Shown here piece after piece: positions 34,840-46,955 of a DNA stretch of 64,000 nt (positions within the stretch are counted from its first letter, which is position 1; each line of letters opens with the position of its first letter). The notes under the pieces are model-generated. The model searched no databases. It had not been told where the DNA came from and was given only the letters and a program-made list of their open reading frames with translations. A program made the position numbers and the translations under genes. The stretch is from Blastocystis sp. Blastoise. Lineage: Eukaryota > Protista > Bigyra: Opalinata. Location of the stretch: contig JBBPEB010000026.1 of assembly GCA_039096225.1 (NCBI GenBank), positions 62,001 through 126,000 of the forward strand. Direction: 5' to 3'.

Positions 34840-35532
34840 TTTAATGTCTTAGAAAACTAATAAATCAATGTGTCAAGGCAATCAATGTGAAAATCAATTT
34901 GATTTTGCTTGTTAACATATATTAAAACAAGTTTGAAAAAAAAAGAGTATTAATATGGGAAAAAATAAGTGATTCACTATAATTCGATAAATATTCAAGA
35001 AAAGAGTTTTAAAAACTATTTTGAATTCTTATTCTAGTTATGACGTTTCTTTTTCATAATAATCATGAAATATCATATACTTAACAAAAATAGATTTTTA
35101 TATAGAGAAAAAAGAGTTATTTCGTATTTATTTTGTTTTGTTGTTCCGCAAATAATTTAAAGATTCTATTAAATTTAATTTATTACAGTAAATTTCATGA
35201 ATCTATATATATTATGGTTTAAAATATTGACTTTTTAACTTTTTTTCACGTAATCATTGTATTTCACTGTCAGGCATTCCCGTGAATCAAAAAGTTTGAT
35301 CCATAAGCTTTGAACGATTCAGATTGATTCAGATATTTTCAGTCATAGCGAATACAGTGGCCAAAAAATAGGTTATTTTTGTCGGATATTTTTCATTCAT
35401 TTAGAATTCTTTTAAAAACGTCATTTTATTATTAATTTAACGGTTGTGTGAATAATAATATAAAATAAATATAACTAAAGACAATAAATAATATGTAATA
35501 ATTAAAACAATAATAAAAATAGAAAAAAATTA

Positions 35533-36130
35533 TTACTTTGATTTGTTTTTGAGTAGATTGGCATCTTTATCTAAGGACTATATATATATAATGATAGAAA
35601 TAATAATAACAGATAATAATATATAATATATACCTTCATACCTCACCAGTACAATACCCCTTGAAGAAAAAACACAACTATAAAAATATAATGTATAAAA
35701 ATAAATATAATATAACAATATACCTTCAAGCACCAGCAACTCTTAACCAAGAGGGACCTCATGAAGTACCCAGAACCTATAAAAAAATAAAAGTAGTTAA
35801 TTGAGAAAAATAATAAAAACAATATATACCTTTGAAACCAGATAGTGAAGGACCACGGAGACAAGTAACAATACCTGAACCTATAAAAGATAATAATAAG
35901 AAAAAACTACAATAATGTAAAAATAAATACCTTTAATATAGTCTAGTTTCTACTCACCTGGATCCCGCAGGTCATGAGTTAACTTTAAAGAAGAAGACAA
36001 ATTAGGGCCTATTTGAAATCATTTTGACACGCCAGTAAGCCTATAGAGTATAAGATAAATAAAAAAAATTATATACATTTTATAATATATAAAATATATC
36101 TGAAAAATAAATAAAAATAAAAATAAATAT
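35533..36130 (-). ncRNA. Putative spliced, structured non-coding RNA, ~300 nt mature, at least 5 exons; identity unknown
   Basis: GC-richer exons 35931-36040, 35830-35880, 35724-35776, 35634-35677 and ~35533-35577 are separated by canonical GTAT...TAG introns. Exon A has stops in all three frames. Helices span the splice junctions. Confidence 0.5.
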
Positions 36131-36934
36131 GTGAAAAGATTGAATCTTAAAAACAAAGAGAAATTCCCCCTTCCAATTTATTTTTTGTATAATAAAAGTC
36201 TTTAGAAAATCTGGGTTTCCAGGGGTTAAAACATTTTAAAATTTTCCCTTTTTCTCTTTTATAAAGTCTATTTGAATTTAAAAATGAATTTTAAATGTAT
36301 TATGTGTTTATGAACCTTAATTATTTAATTTCAATATGTTTAAGACTTATTAAAACGAAAGAATCGTTATTTTTAAAAGTTTTATTTTCAATTAAATATA
36401 TTTGTCTGCCATTTTTATTCAATAGTATTTTATTTATAATAAGAAGGTAATAAAGAAGCAGAAAATATATTTAGTATAATTAATTATAGAAACATGATTC
36501 ACAATTCATAAACTTTTGTTTTTTATAAGTTTTATTCCAACGAATTACAGAGTATTATAAGTGACTGAATAAATTGAGACTTTTTAAAAGGTCATTAAGT
36601 TGTTTTAGAAATAATAAAGAATGCAATTTATTAAAGAATAAAGTAGATTCATATTTTATCTCTTTCTTTCTATTATTCTAAAAGAATTCTATAAATAATT
36701 TTATTACTAAATACTACAAAACAAAAGGAGTAATATATAAGTTAATAAACACAATAAAAGATAGATAAAAAAGATAATATATAGTATATATATAGTAGTA
36801 TATCATTATAATATATATAATTAAATATATATGAAACTTCTTTCAATCCTATATATTCATGATTATAGAACTAAGTATAATTTAAATATATATATATATT
36901 GATATAGTAATATAAATATATATATATATATACA

Positions 36935-36981
36935 TAGAGAGGTATCATTATCTTAATATACAAAATAATTATCCAAAAGTC

Positions 36982-37041
<60 letters not shown>

Positions 37042-37664
37042 CTATACCTGGTTGATGAGTTGTTGAAGGAGGAGGAGAGAGAGATAACGAAGAGAAGACA
37101 CAGATGATAGGACACAAGGGTAGACAGAGTCAGAAATAGAATTATATACTGAAGACAAACTGGAGTTCTGTTCATCTATTAATCTATATATATATATATA
37201 TATATACTTCAAGAATATTATTTTGTAAGAGGTGCCATTTTGGTAAGACATCTGGTAATTCCCGCGGTTATCGCTTTTAATGTTGCTAGATAGAGAGGAG
37301 GTGAGGTAAGAGACGAGAGATAAGGAAGAAGGAGGGAATATATGGCGGGATAGAGATTGGCGGGAGAAATAGTAGGGGGAGGAATAGAGAGAGAATAACT
37401 AGAATTACATATTTGGAAAGGATAATACATAAGAGTGCTCCAACAACAGTGACGCACCTCTGTTTGGTGGTAAATTGGGAGTTGAGAACTATGGCTGTTA
37501 TCTCTATATTATATATATATAATATAATATAATAAAATATATATATATATATATATATAATGCATATAATATATAAATACTAGTTCCTTTAGGTATATAT
37601 AATGGTTGTATATAGGCCTGGAGAAGTGCCCAGAGAGGTTTTGGAGATAAATTAAGGGTTGAGA

Positions 37665-37760
<96 letters not shown>

Positions 37761-38711
37761 AGTGACCAATGTAGAGATAGTTTTATCGATTAGTTTGATT
37801 TGAGGGCACGTGCCTATAATTGAATAGAGAGAAGAGCAGATCAAGGGCCAAAGAGGACTTGACCATTCCTCTTTAACTAACTATATATATATAATATCAT
37901 AAATAATATATATATTTCATAAATTGACATATATATACTATACTATTCTAAAGAACTATATATATATATATACCTTTTGTATAATATCTAGAAGAACGTC
38001 TCGGATATTCTCTTGTTCCGCGGGGGAGACATCGATATCGTTGGTGAGATAGGAATGAAGGAGGGGGAGAGAAGGAAGAAGAGAAGAAGGAGAAGAGGGA
38101 GTAACTACTACTAATAATAATAAGAAGCAATAATACTATATACTCAAGTAGATAGAAGAATTATTATTATTAATATATATAATACTAATTGTATTCCTTG
38201 TTCCTGTTTGTCTTCTATTTCAAGAGCGCGTGATAACCCAGTCCCCGCAACGTATGTCACCATTTTTCCCAATGAGATTTTCAAATCTTGATTTTGTTCA
38301 CAACATAATTTAAGAATACAGGAGAACTGGTTAAATTGTGCCTCTAGAGTGTTCTTAGAATAAATAATGTGCAAATATTTTCGTAATAACGTGACCAATT
38401 GTCGAGCATGATAAAACGTATTAAATTGATATAACGAAATATTATTGCTTTCTTCATTCCCATGGAGATTATTCATATTTAAATAAGGAAGAGTAGAATT
38501 ATCAAGGGAATTCGATGATTGTGATTGTTAGAAATTCATAGAATGAAAGCAATAAAAAAGTCACGTCATTGAGGAGAAGCTGTTTCTGGTCATGTGATGG
38601 AGGAATATCTATATATTATTATTATTATTATTTATGAATATATATATACCTCCCTGTTGGTTATCCGATTGATTCCATTCCACACGCTGATTCTCCATCT
38701 ATATATATATA

Positions 38712-38757
<46 letters not shown>

Positions 38758-40514
38758 TTGTAGAGTTATCTTACAATCTTCGCAGTACCATGTTGTATCT
38801 TGAATGGACGAGTACGTGTACAGAGAGGGATCTAAACCGACGCACACACAGTGAAACAAACGATGACAACGGTCACAATCTAACATACTACTTCCTTTAT
38901 TATCTCCCTTCCCACAAGCACAACCTATTACTTCACCATCAGCCCAGGGGTTCCTTGAGGATTATATTTATCATTTTCCCACGGGATTAAGAAAGGATGA
39001 TCTTGTATCAATCGGGTATCATGCTGTAAACGAATAATAACTTGTGTAAGTATTTCAATAAACCCTTGAATAACCGCGGGAGAAGTGATTTTGTATTCAA
39101 AGTATTCTTTGATTATTCTGCTCATTATTCCCGCGATTATTTTTGTTGTAAGAGAGAAGAAGGATAAGAAGGAGATTGGCGATTTGATGGAGACCAAAGG
39201 AACAGACAGGTCATTGGGGATTATCTAGAAGGAAGAGAAGATCATGAATAAGGATACGAAGGAAAAGAATATAAGGACCTAACTATATATATATATATAT
39301 ATATAATATATATAATATATATATATACCGAAAGATGTGTGGAATCATTAGTTTTTGTCTATATAATAATATATATATATAAATAATATAAAACAATAAT
39401 ATACATATATATATATATATATATTACATAGAGAATAGTGCCTTGAATAGCTTCTACAAGGAACACAGTTAACGGATGGAGATTGTGTTTCGATCTTGTA
39501 ACTGACGTGTTTAAATAAGAGACGTAAGTAAATCCACGATTCCCGCGATTATTTGTGTTGTAAGTCTTCACACCTCCAATATATAATCTATATATAATAT
39601 GTAAATAATATATATATAATATGTAAATAATATATATACAATATAGATAATATATATATATAGATTATAAAAAAAATATAATAAATATACGAGTAGGTTA
39701 TTGATTGAATTTGTATAGAGTGCGTCATTAGAATAGAGGAATGAAGATATATATAGAGTAGAGAGGATAGAATAGAGAGAGGAAGGGAGAGAAGTATGAA
39801 GTAGAAGATAAATGAAGAGAGAGATAGAAGATTGAGAGAAGACATATAGGTAGATATCCAGGAGGGCAAACATTCCTATATGTATATGTATAAATAATGA
39901 CATAACAAATATATAAGAATAAAAGTAATATATATAAATTATATAAGAATGAAATACTAAATTTAAATTATCTCCTTCAATCATCATCTGAAGAAGTTCT
40001 TCATCATATATTCTATATATATATTAATAATAATAATAATAATAAATAAATAAATAAATAAATAAATATCTATATGGACTTACTATTTTTATTTGGAAAG
40101 CACGAAACTTTAATCAGAATTCATAAATGGTGACACGAAAACCATCATTCTATATAATATATAATTTAATAAGAATAAAATATAAAGATATATATAATAA
40201 ACAAATAATAAATAAATATTTTAATATAGGAAAACGAAAAAATGCAAAAAGAGTTAATGCAAAAGAAAAAATTTATATACTATATTTACATACCTTTAAC
40301 AGTGTTTTGAGTTGCTGTCTGAAAGAAGCCAGAGAAGTATAAACAAGGAACCTTTTAAGAACTGAGCCAACGAGTACACATCATAGAACCTTTTGGGATA
40401 GACACAGAAGACTGGCTGACGGGAAGAGAAAACCCAGAATCGAAAACTGATACAACACATAACTGTAAAACAAAAGCAGTAGATATGCATAGCAGTGTCT
40501 GACTCTGCTTACAT
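36935..40514 (-). pseudogene. NIPBL: NIPBL/SCC2 (cohesin loader) pseudogene fragment with PHD finger
   Basis: DLLFLLDNPQ*PVC matches the DLL...PEWP motif with TGG changed to TGA (39211-39213). PHD finger: LDCDRCHRLFHCVCVG...WYCEDC. HEAT-like LLLQQLINQ near the end. Several in-frame TAA/TAG stops and frameshifts (e.g. ~38945, ~38520). Introns are retained; the 5' boundary is uncertain. Confidence 0.7.
37667..37756. repeat. (TA)n microsatellite that makes up essentially a whole intron, GT(AT)nAG
   Basis: The minus strand reads gtatata...tatatag with nothing else in between. Confidence 0.9.
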
Positions 40515-41469
40515 GCAACAAATATAAAATAAATAAAAGTTCATAAAAAATATTCAAATTTATCAGTCAAATACTAAAAATTTTCTTGAAAATCCTTTTT
40601 TTATTATTTTTTAAATTTTTTATGACTCAATACTAAAGTAACAAGTTTTAACAATTATATATTACACTATTGACACAACATTATTGTATCTCACTACTTT
40701 CAGGTTTTAAAAAAAATACTCATTTTTGTTGACTTTCTGATCTGTTGACTAACTCGTCTAAAAGCTATTGATTATAGCTTGAAACGTTTGTACATTACAT
40801 AATTAGCTCTAACAACAACTTTTTAAAAGACTTTTATTTGATTCTGACGAAAAGTAGTTTTTTTTGAAGTTTTGACATACTGTTTGTATGCGGAACTTTA
40901 AGTCATGATAGAATAAAATAAAAAAAGTCTTTTAAAACTCTTATGTCCACTGATATATAATAAAATATAAATAGACTCAGTTTTAAACAAGAAAATTATT
41001 CCCGTAAATATTTAAAAAAATCAAAACTCTGGTCTGACTGCCCATGGAATAAATAGGCTCGGTTCAATTTTTCAGTGTAAAAAAAATATAAATTTTTGAC
41101 TTTTTGGCTGAATTTTGGTTCTGAGCCATAGAGGTCAGCTGATTGACTTTTAGTTACATTTATGACTGTAAAACGGTCTAAACTTTAAACAGAGTAACAA
41201 AAGGTTTTAAAATATTGACCCCATTATTTGTCGGAATTGCGACTTTAAAAAAAATAAAAACGTTTTGGATATTGGGTGACCCTCTATAAATAAAAAATAA
41301 TGTCAATTCTTTATTAAAATATGTCTAATAGGGTTTTTAAAGTCTAATAAAACGTCGTCTTAAAATTTTTGTGAAAATTTTCATTTTTTTGCCTAAGTCT
41401 TTTTTTTCTTGAGTTTTCATTGGCTGAATCAATTTTGAACGAAAATCAACCAATTGAAAAGCTTTAAAA

Positions 41470-41490
41470 AGTCAAAAATGCCTGACAGTG
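41470..41490 (+). promoter_or_regulatory. Candidate promoter motif AATGCCTGACAGTG upstream of the BTB/LRR-family gene; CCAAT-like ATTGGCTGA at ~41419
   Basis: An exact reverse complement lies at 35265-35278, upstream of the minus-strand paralog, and a degenerate copy at 30243-30261. Confidence 0.4.
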
Positions 41491-41510
41491 TTTATATAGT
41501 TTAGCAAGTC

Positions 41511-44250
41511 ATGTCAGAAGAATTATTTGAAGATAAATGTATCTGAATATGATTAAAACGTGTTATTCCATTTTTTAGATTTATTTACATTTCAAGATGA
41601 GACGCAATTATGGATTTCTAAAGAATTTATTGTGAAATATCGTCAATTTCCCTTTTATGATATTATCAAACACCCTGAGAAATATGAAGATGGAAGTTTT
41701 TATATAGATATGCCTTCACTCAGCATTGAGAAAGTGATTCATTTTTTAATGGAAGATGCCATAGATATTTGTTCTTTAAATCTGAAAGATAGTTATGACA
41801 TATATAAAACACTTATTGAATACTCAGTTACAGTTGATAATGAACTTCAAAGTGATCTATTATTTCATGTTAAAGAGTTATTTTATAAATATTTGAAAAA
41901 CAATAATTATAGTATATATGAATATAATAATGAAGATGTTGAATTGACAGTGTTTATGGATTTATACAGTTCAGATAACAAACAAATGTGTGTAAAAGGT
42001 ATTAAAGTATTATATTAATATTTTTATTTAATATATATATAGGATTATTTACTCAACAGCGAAAAGATGAATTATTATATTATTCTCTTCTTATAAAAAT
42101 GATGAATATTACTACAGTTGACATTACATGTAAATATGTTTTATATAAATATTAATAATAATAATATATATATATAGATGATTATTCTTCAAATATTGTA
42201 ATAGAATATATATGTCCATCGTGTATTAAAGAAATATTCCCTTCATTACACGAATTAAAGATAACTGGTATTATATATTATATAATTAATATTATTACTA
42301 ATTGTATTATATAGTAAATTCACATTATAAACAAACTGAACTATTATTAAATCCAAATAGTGATGAATATATAATGGAATATACTCGTTTATTCTCTAGT
42401 GAAAAAGATCTAAAAGTAGAGAAGCCTGAGAAATATGAGTATTACACCGAATCAGAAATGAATGAATATAATAAGATTTCTTCTTTAGATATTAATAATA
42501 TATATTATCCCCATAAATTGGTTGATTCCTATAATGAAAAAAAAGAAAAGAGTGAATTACCTAAATTATATAAATATATGCTTAATGAAGGTATATATAC
42601 AAATGATGATTCAAATGTAGAAATGAATGAAACATATAATGAATATACATTAAATGATCAAGTCAGTATTAAATATAATGGTATATATATTATTATATAA
42701 TTATTTAATTTATAAAATATTATATATAGATACAACAAATGATAAAATAATCATGTAAATAATATTATTATTTTATATTATATATTTATATATTAAATAG
42801 TATTAATAAAGTATCTTCTAAATTGGGTATATCTCAATTATTTTGTCTTCCTTCCTATTTATGTATTTCAAAAATCATTTTAAATGAAGGTAAATTAAAA
42901 TATAATAAATAGAATAAGTTGTTTTAGATGCTATTTCTCACTGTAGTTCTGTGATATTTATGAAATTATTTGAAGAAAACTTATTTGACTCTTTAACTGT
43001 ATTAAGTGTTAACTCAAGTATTATTTTATTATTATCGTTTTAATTTTCAATATTATTATTTGATATAGTTAAAGAATTAACTGATGAAATTGATGAGAAT
43101 CTATTAAACAAAATAATGGCAACTCATGTGTTTCCTAATGTTACTGAAATCATATATGATAGTAGTATATATATACTTTATTGAATCAATATTAGTTATA
43201 TTTATAGAATCTTTCCAATTATCTTTATTAAATAAAGAATGCTTCCCTAAATTACATATTATCAATTACGAAATTGAAATAAGTATATTTTTATATTAAT
43301 AAATAAACTATTATTTTAAAATCTAGCTACTAAACATTTTGAGTCTCTATTTCCTATGAATTTAATATCTATGATTGATACTATTCGTATAAATAGTATT
43401 GATTATAATGACATAAAGGAAATAATTCTTCTTTTCGATAAATTAGTTTATACTCATTCAATTCATATTTACGGAATTAGTATATTTGTATTATATATTT
43501 ACATATAATTAATCTTATTTATTTCTCTTTTTTATAGATGATTTTATTTGCTATTTACCCCATCTAAAAGGATTATTAGAGAAAAATCTTATTTCATTTG
43601 ATGATCTTTCAAGTATAATATATATATATTTTTAATGTATTCTTTTTAATATCTTATTTTATGTATATATTATATATATTTATAAAGTTTATTCTTCTCG
43701 TTCTGGTAATATTAGAATATTAGATTCTATTGAAAAAAATAAGCAAAATATTAATAGTTTAAATATTCAATTTGAAAGTATTCATTAATATTTAATAAAT
43801 ATGTTTTTATTATTAATATTTATACAAATATATTTTTAGATAGTGATGATTATGATAGTGATGATTATGATAGTGATGATTATGAAAATGATGATTATGA
43901 AAATGATGATTATGATAGTGATAATTATGATAGTCATGATTATGATAGTGATAATAATGATGATACTAATAATGAAACTGATTCTAGTAATGAAAATGAT
44001 ACTAATAATGAAAATGATAAAAGAAGTTCTTTGGAACGATTCTTAAAGAGTAGTGTATTACAACATTTGAATGATTTAACTGTTATATGTATATTCTTTA
44101 TATAATATTATTATTATTATTATACAATTTATAATATTTATAGTTGATTATGGAATGAGTATAGAATATTTAACTTGGATTTCAACTCTTTTTAATGATA
44201 ATAAGTTTAATAATATTCAACAATTAACGATTGATTGTATGTTATATGAT

Positions 44251-44285
<35 letters not shown>

Positions 44286-45466
44286 GAGTCTATGGAAGCA
44301 GACTCATCTTCTGAATATATAACTGCATATGAAAATATATTAGAGAAATTAATTCCTAAGGCTTCTATTGTAGATATAGAAGGTAATTATTAATATAAAT
44401 ATTAATAATATATTTAATTATTCTTATTATTAGGTTGTACTATGTCTTTTATAAATCGACTCATTCCTAAAGGTTGTTTCTATAATACAACTAAATTGAC
44501 TCTAGGTATATATATTAAATATATAAATCATTCTATTCTTAATATATTATATATTTTATTCTAAGATTTTTACGAATATTAATTTAGGAATTAATGATAT
44601 ACCTGATGAAGACTTTTGCAAACTATATACTACAGATAATTTTCCTCAATTAAAATACATCAAATTTTGTATATAATAATTATTATATTATAAATTATGT
44701 TATATATAATCTTATCATTATTAAAAAATTATTTTTGATGAGAAATATGTATTTATATATTTATGTATATATATATATATAGGTGATTATCACAATGATA
44801 AAACATGGTGGAGCTCGTTTTTTAAAACATTTTGTAACTATATACATAATAATAACTTTCTATCATCATGTATTGTCCATTTAAATGGTATGTTCATAAT
44901 AATATTGATTCTATTCATATTCAATACTATTATATTTCTATAGATTGTTTTTTTTATGTTGATTATATTTATGATCCTAATACTTCAATTCTTCGTTGTA
45001 AATATGATACTAATTCATTTATAGATTCAATTATGGGAACAAAAGGTATATATATATATATATTTATAAAGTATTATATATATATATATATTTAGATGAA
45101 ATGATGAGTAGATATGAAATAGAAACGTTATTCGATTGTATAAACGAAAATAAAACTCAAAACATCAGAAGTTTAAAATTATGTATATAAGTATTCAATA
45201 TTTTTTATATACTATATTCTTTCTTATAGATATTTATGATGAGGAACAATTATCAAAACTTATCAATTTAATTACGACTGAAAAAATTCCTAAATTGAAA
45301 GAATTCATTTGTTACTTAGGTATATATATATATATAATTATTTCATTAATAATTCTTAGATAAAAAAACATCTTCAGAAATGTTTGATAAATATATGCTT
45401 TTATTAAATAATTCGTCATTTATTAAGAGTAATCATGTATGCTATAGATTTTTAGAAATAGAGTAA
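41511..45466 (+). CDS. Lineage-expanded family protein: degenerate BTB/POZ-like N-terminus + divergent LRR/FNIP-like repeats; 23 exons
   Basis: Hand-spliced intact ORF MSEELFEDKYLFTFQDETQLWISKEFI...RFLEIE* with 22 GT-AG introns. Paralogous to 30622-34839. Contains an acidic (D/E)(S/N)DDY repeat at 43840-43950. Confidence 0.8.
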
Positions 45467-46272
45467 ATTATTTTCAAAATATATTGTTATTTTCTTTTTT
45501 ATATCATACTCATTTATAATTATATATAATATATCTTGTTTTTATATCTATCTTATTTTTTTTATATTTATTATTTAAATTATTATTCTGTTTTTTGTGT
45601 TTTATTAAAAGGAGATAGAATAGTAATAATAATAATTTTATATATAATTATTATTATTTTCAGTATGTATTAATGTTTATGATGGCTGGTATAATACTAA
45701 TAGTAATAATATTATACATTAGTAGACATGTTTTGGTTTTTTGGAAAAGTTGTTCTTAAACCTAACTACAAACAGAATCTAAAAACCAGTATTTGGGGCT
45801 AAAAAAAAGGAATGGCCAAACTGTGGTTCGACTAAGGACTATACTCTAAGAAAGTTTTTATCTACGCCTAAAAGCATCCACACAACTAGTTCTCTTAGGA
45901 AATTTGTACTTCAAGAGAGTCTTCTTAGCGAATTCCTGACTCAAATAGTATAAAACAATATATTAATATATTTAAAAAGAAATTGAACTAATATATCTAT
46001 AGTTGAGATATATAAATTTCAAGTATAAAGTTTCAAAAATGATATTTAACTATTCCTCGTTATGTATGATATTAATACTTTTGAATAAAATGATTATTTA
46101 CAGTAAATAGATATAGTTTTTAAAATTATTATAATAAAACTATAGTATTTATATGAAATCATAAAATAGAGTTACAATGAAGAAAGAATTTATTAGTAAT
46201 AAAAAGAAATAAAAATTTGTTAAAGAAATACTTATTTAGAGAACTAGTATATGTATATATAATACTTTATAT

Positions 46273-46912
46273 TTATAATTTTTCAAAATGAGACATTATA
46301 CTACCAATTGTGTTTTGAACTGTGTTCACTATAGATTATGTTAAATATATAAAATAGAATTATAAAAATTTATGAAAATATACCATTATTTACAAGAGTT
46401 TTTTCAATATCCTTATTTGTTTGCTCATTTGAAAGGAATGCTTCACTAAGATTAACTGCAAGAAAAATGTATACAATAATCAAAGGTACCATCTATATAT
46501 ATAATAAAGAATATATTTATATATTAAAGAATATATTTATATATTAAAGAATATATTTATATATTAAAGAATATATTTATATATTAAAGAATATATTTAT
46601 ATATTAAAGAATATATTTATATATAACTATATATATAAATATAAATAAATTTGAAAATATAAATAAATATAAAAATATTAAAATATAAATATAATTATAA
46701 AAAAACTAAAAGAATAAAAAAATACAAATATAACAGCAGAAATAATTGCCCAAGTAATATATATAGTATTTCCATCTAATTTAGAAGAGAAACAAGAAAT
46801 AAAAACAATAAGGAAAATTCCATAAATCAATTTAAATAGACATTGAAAGAAGAAGTATATTTCTTTTGGATCCTATATATATATATATAATTACATAAAA
46901 AATACATATTTC

Positions 46913-46955
<43 letters not shown>

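Noticed and set aside
35950-35975. U1 snRNA-like TACTCACCTGG on the plus strand
   Set aside because: No U1-70K/U1A loops or properly placed Sm site follow; it is the reverse complement of a CAG|GTGAGT donor-like sequence.
39211-39213. TGA=Trp genetic code suggested by a TGA at a conserved NIPBL Trp
   Set aside because: The same locus has TAA/TAG stops and frameshifts, and intact genes use TGG for Trp. A simple G-to-A decay explains it.
40113-40149. C/D-box-like ATGATGG...CTGA
   Set aside because: Only ~35 nt between the boxes, box C is imperfect, and it lies in a pseudogene exon.
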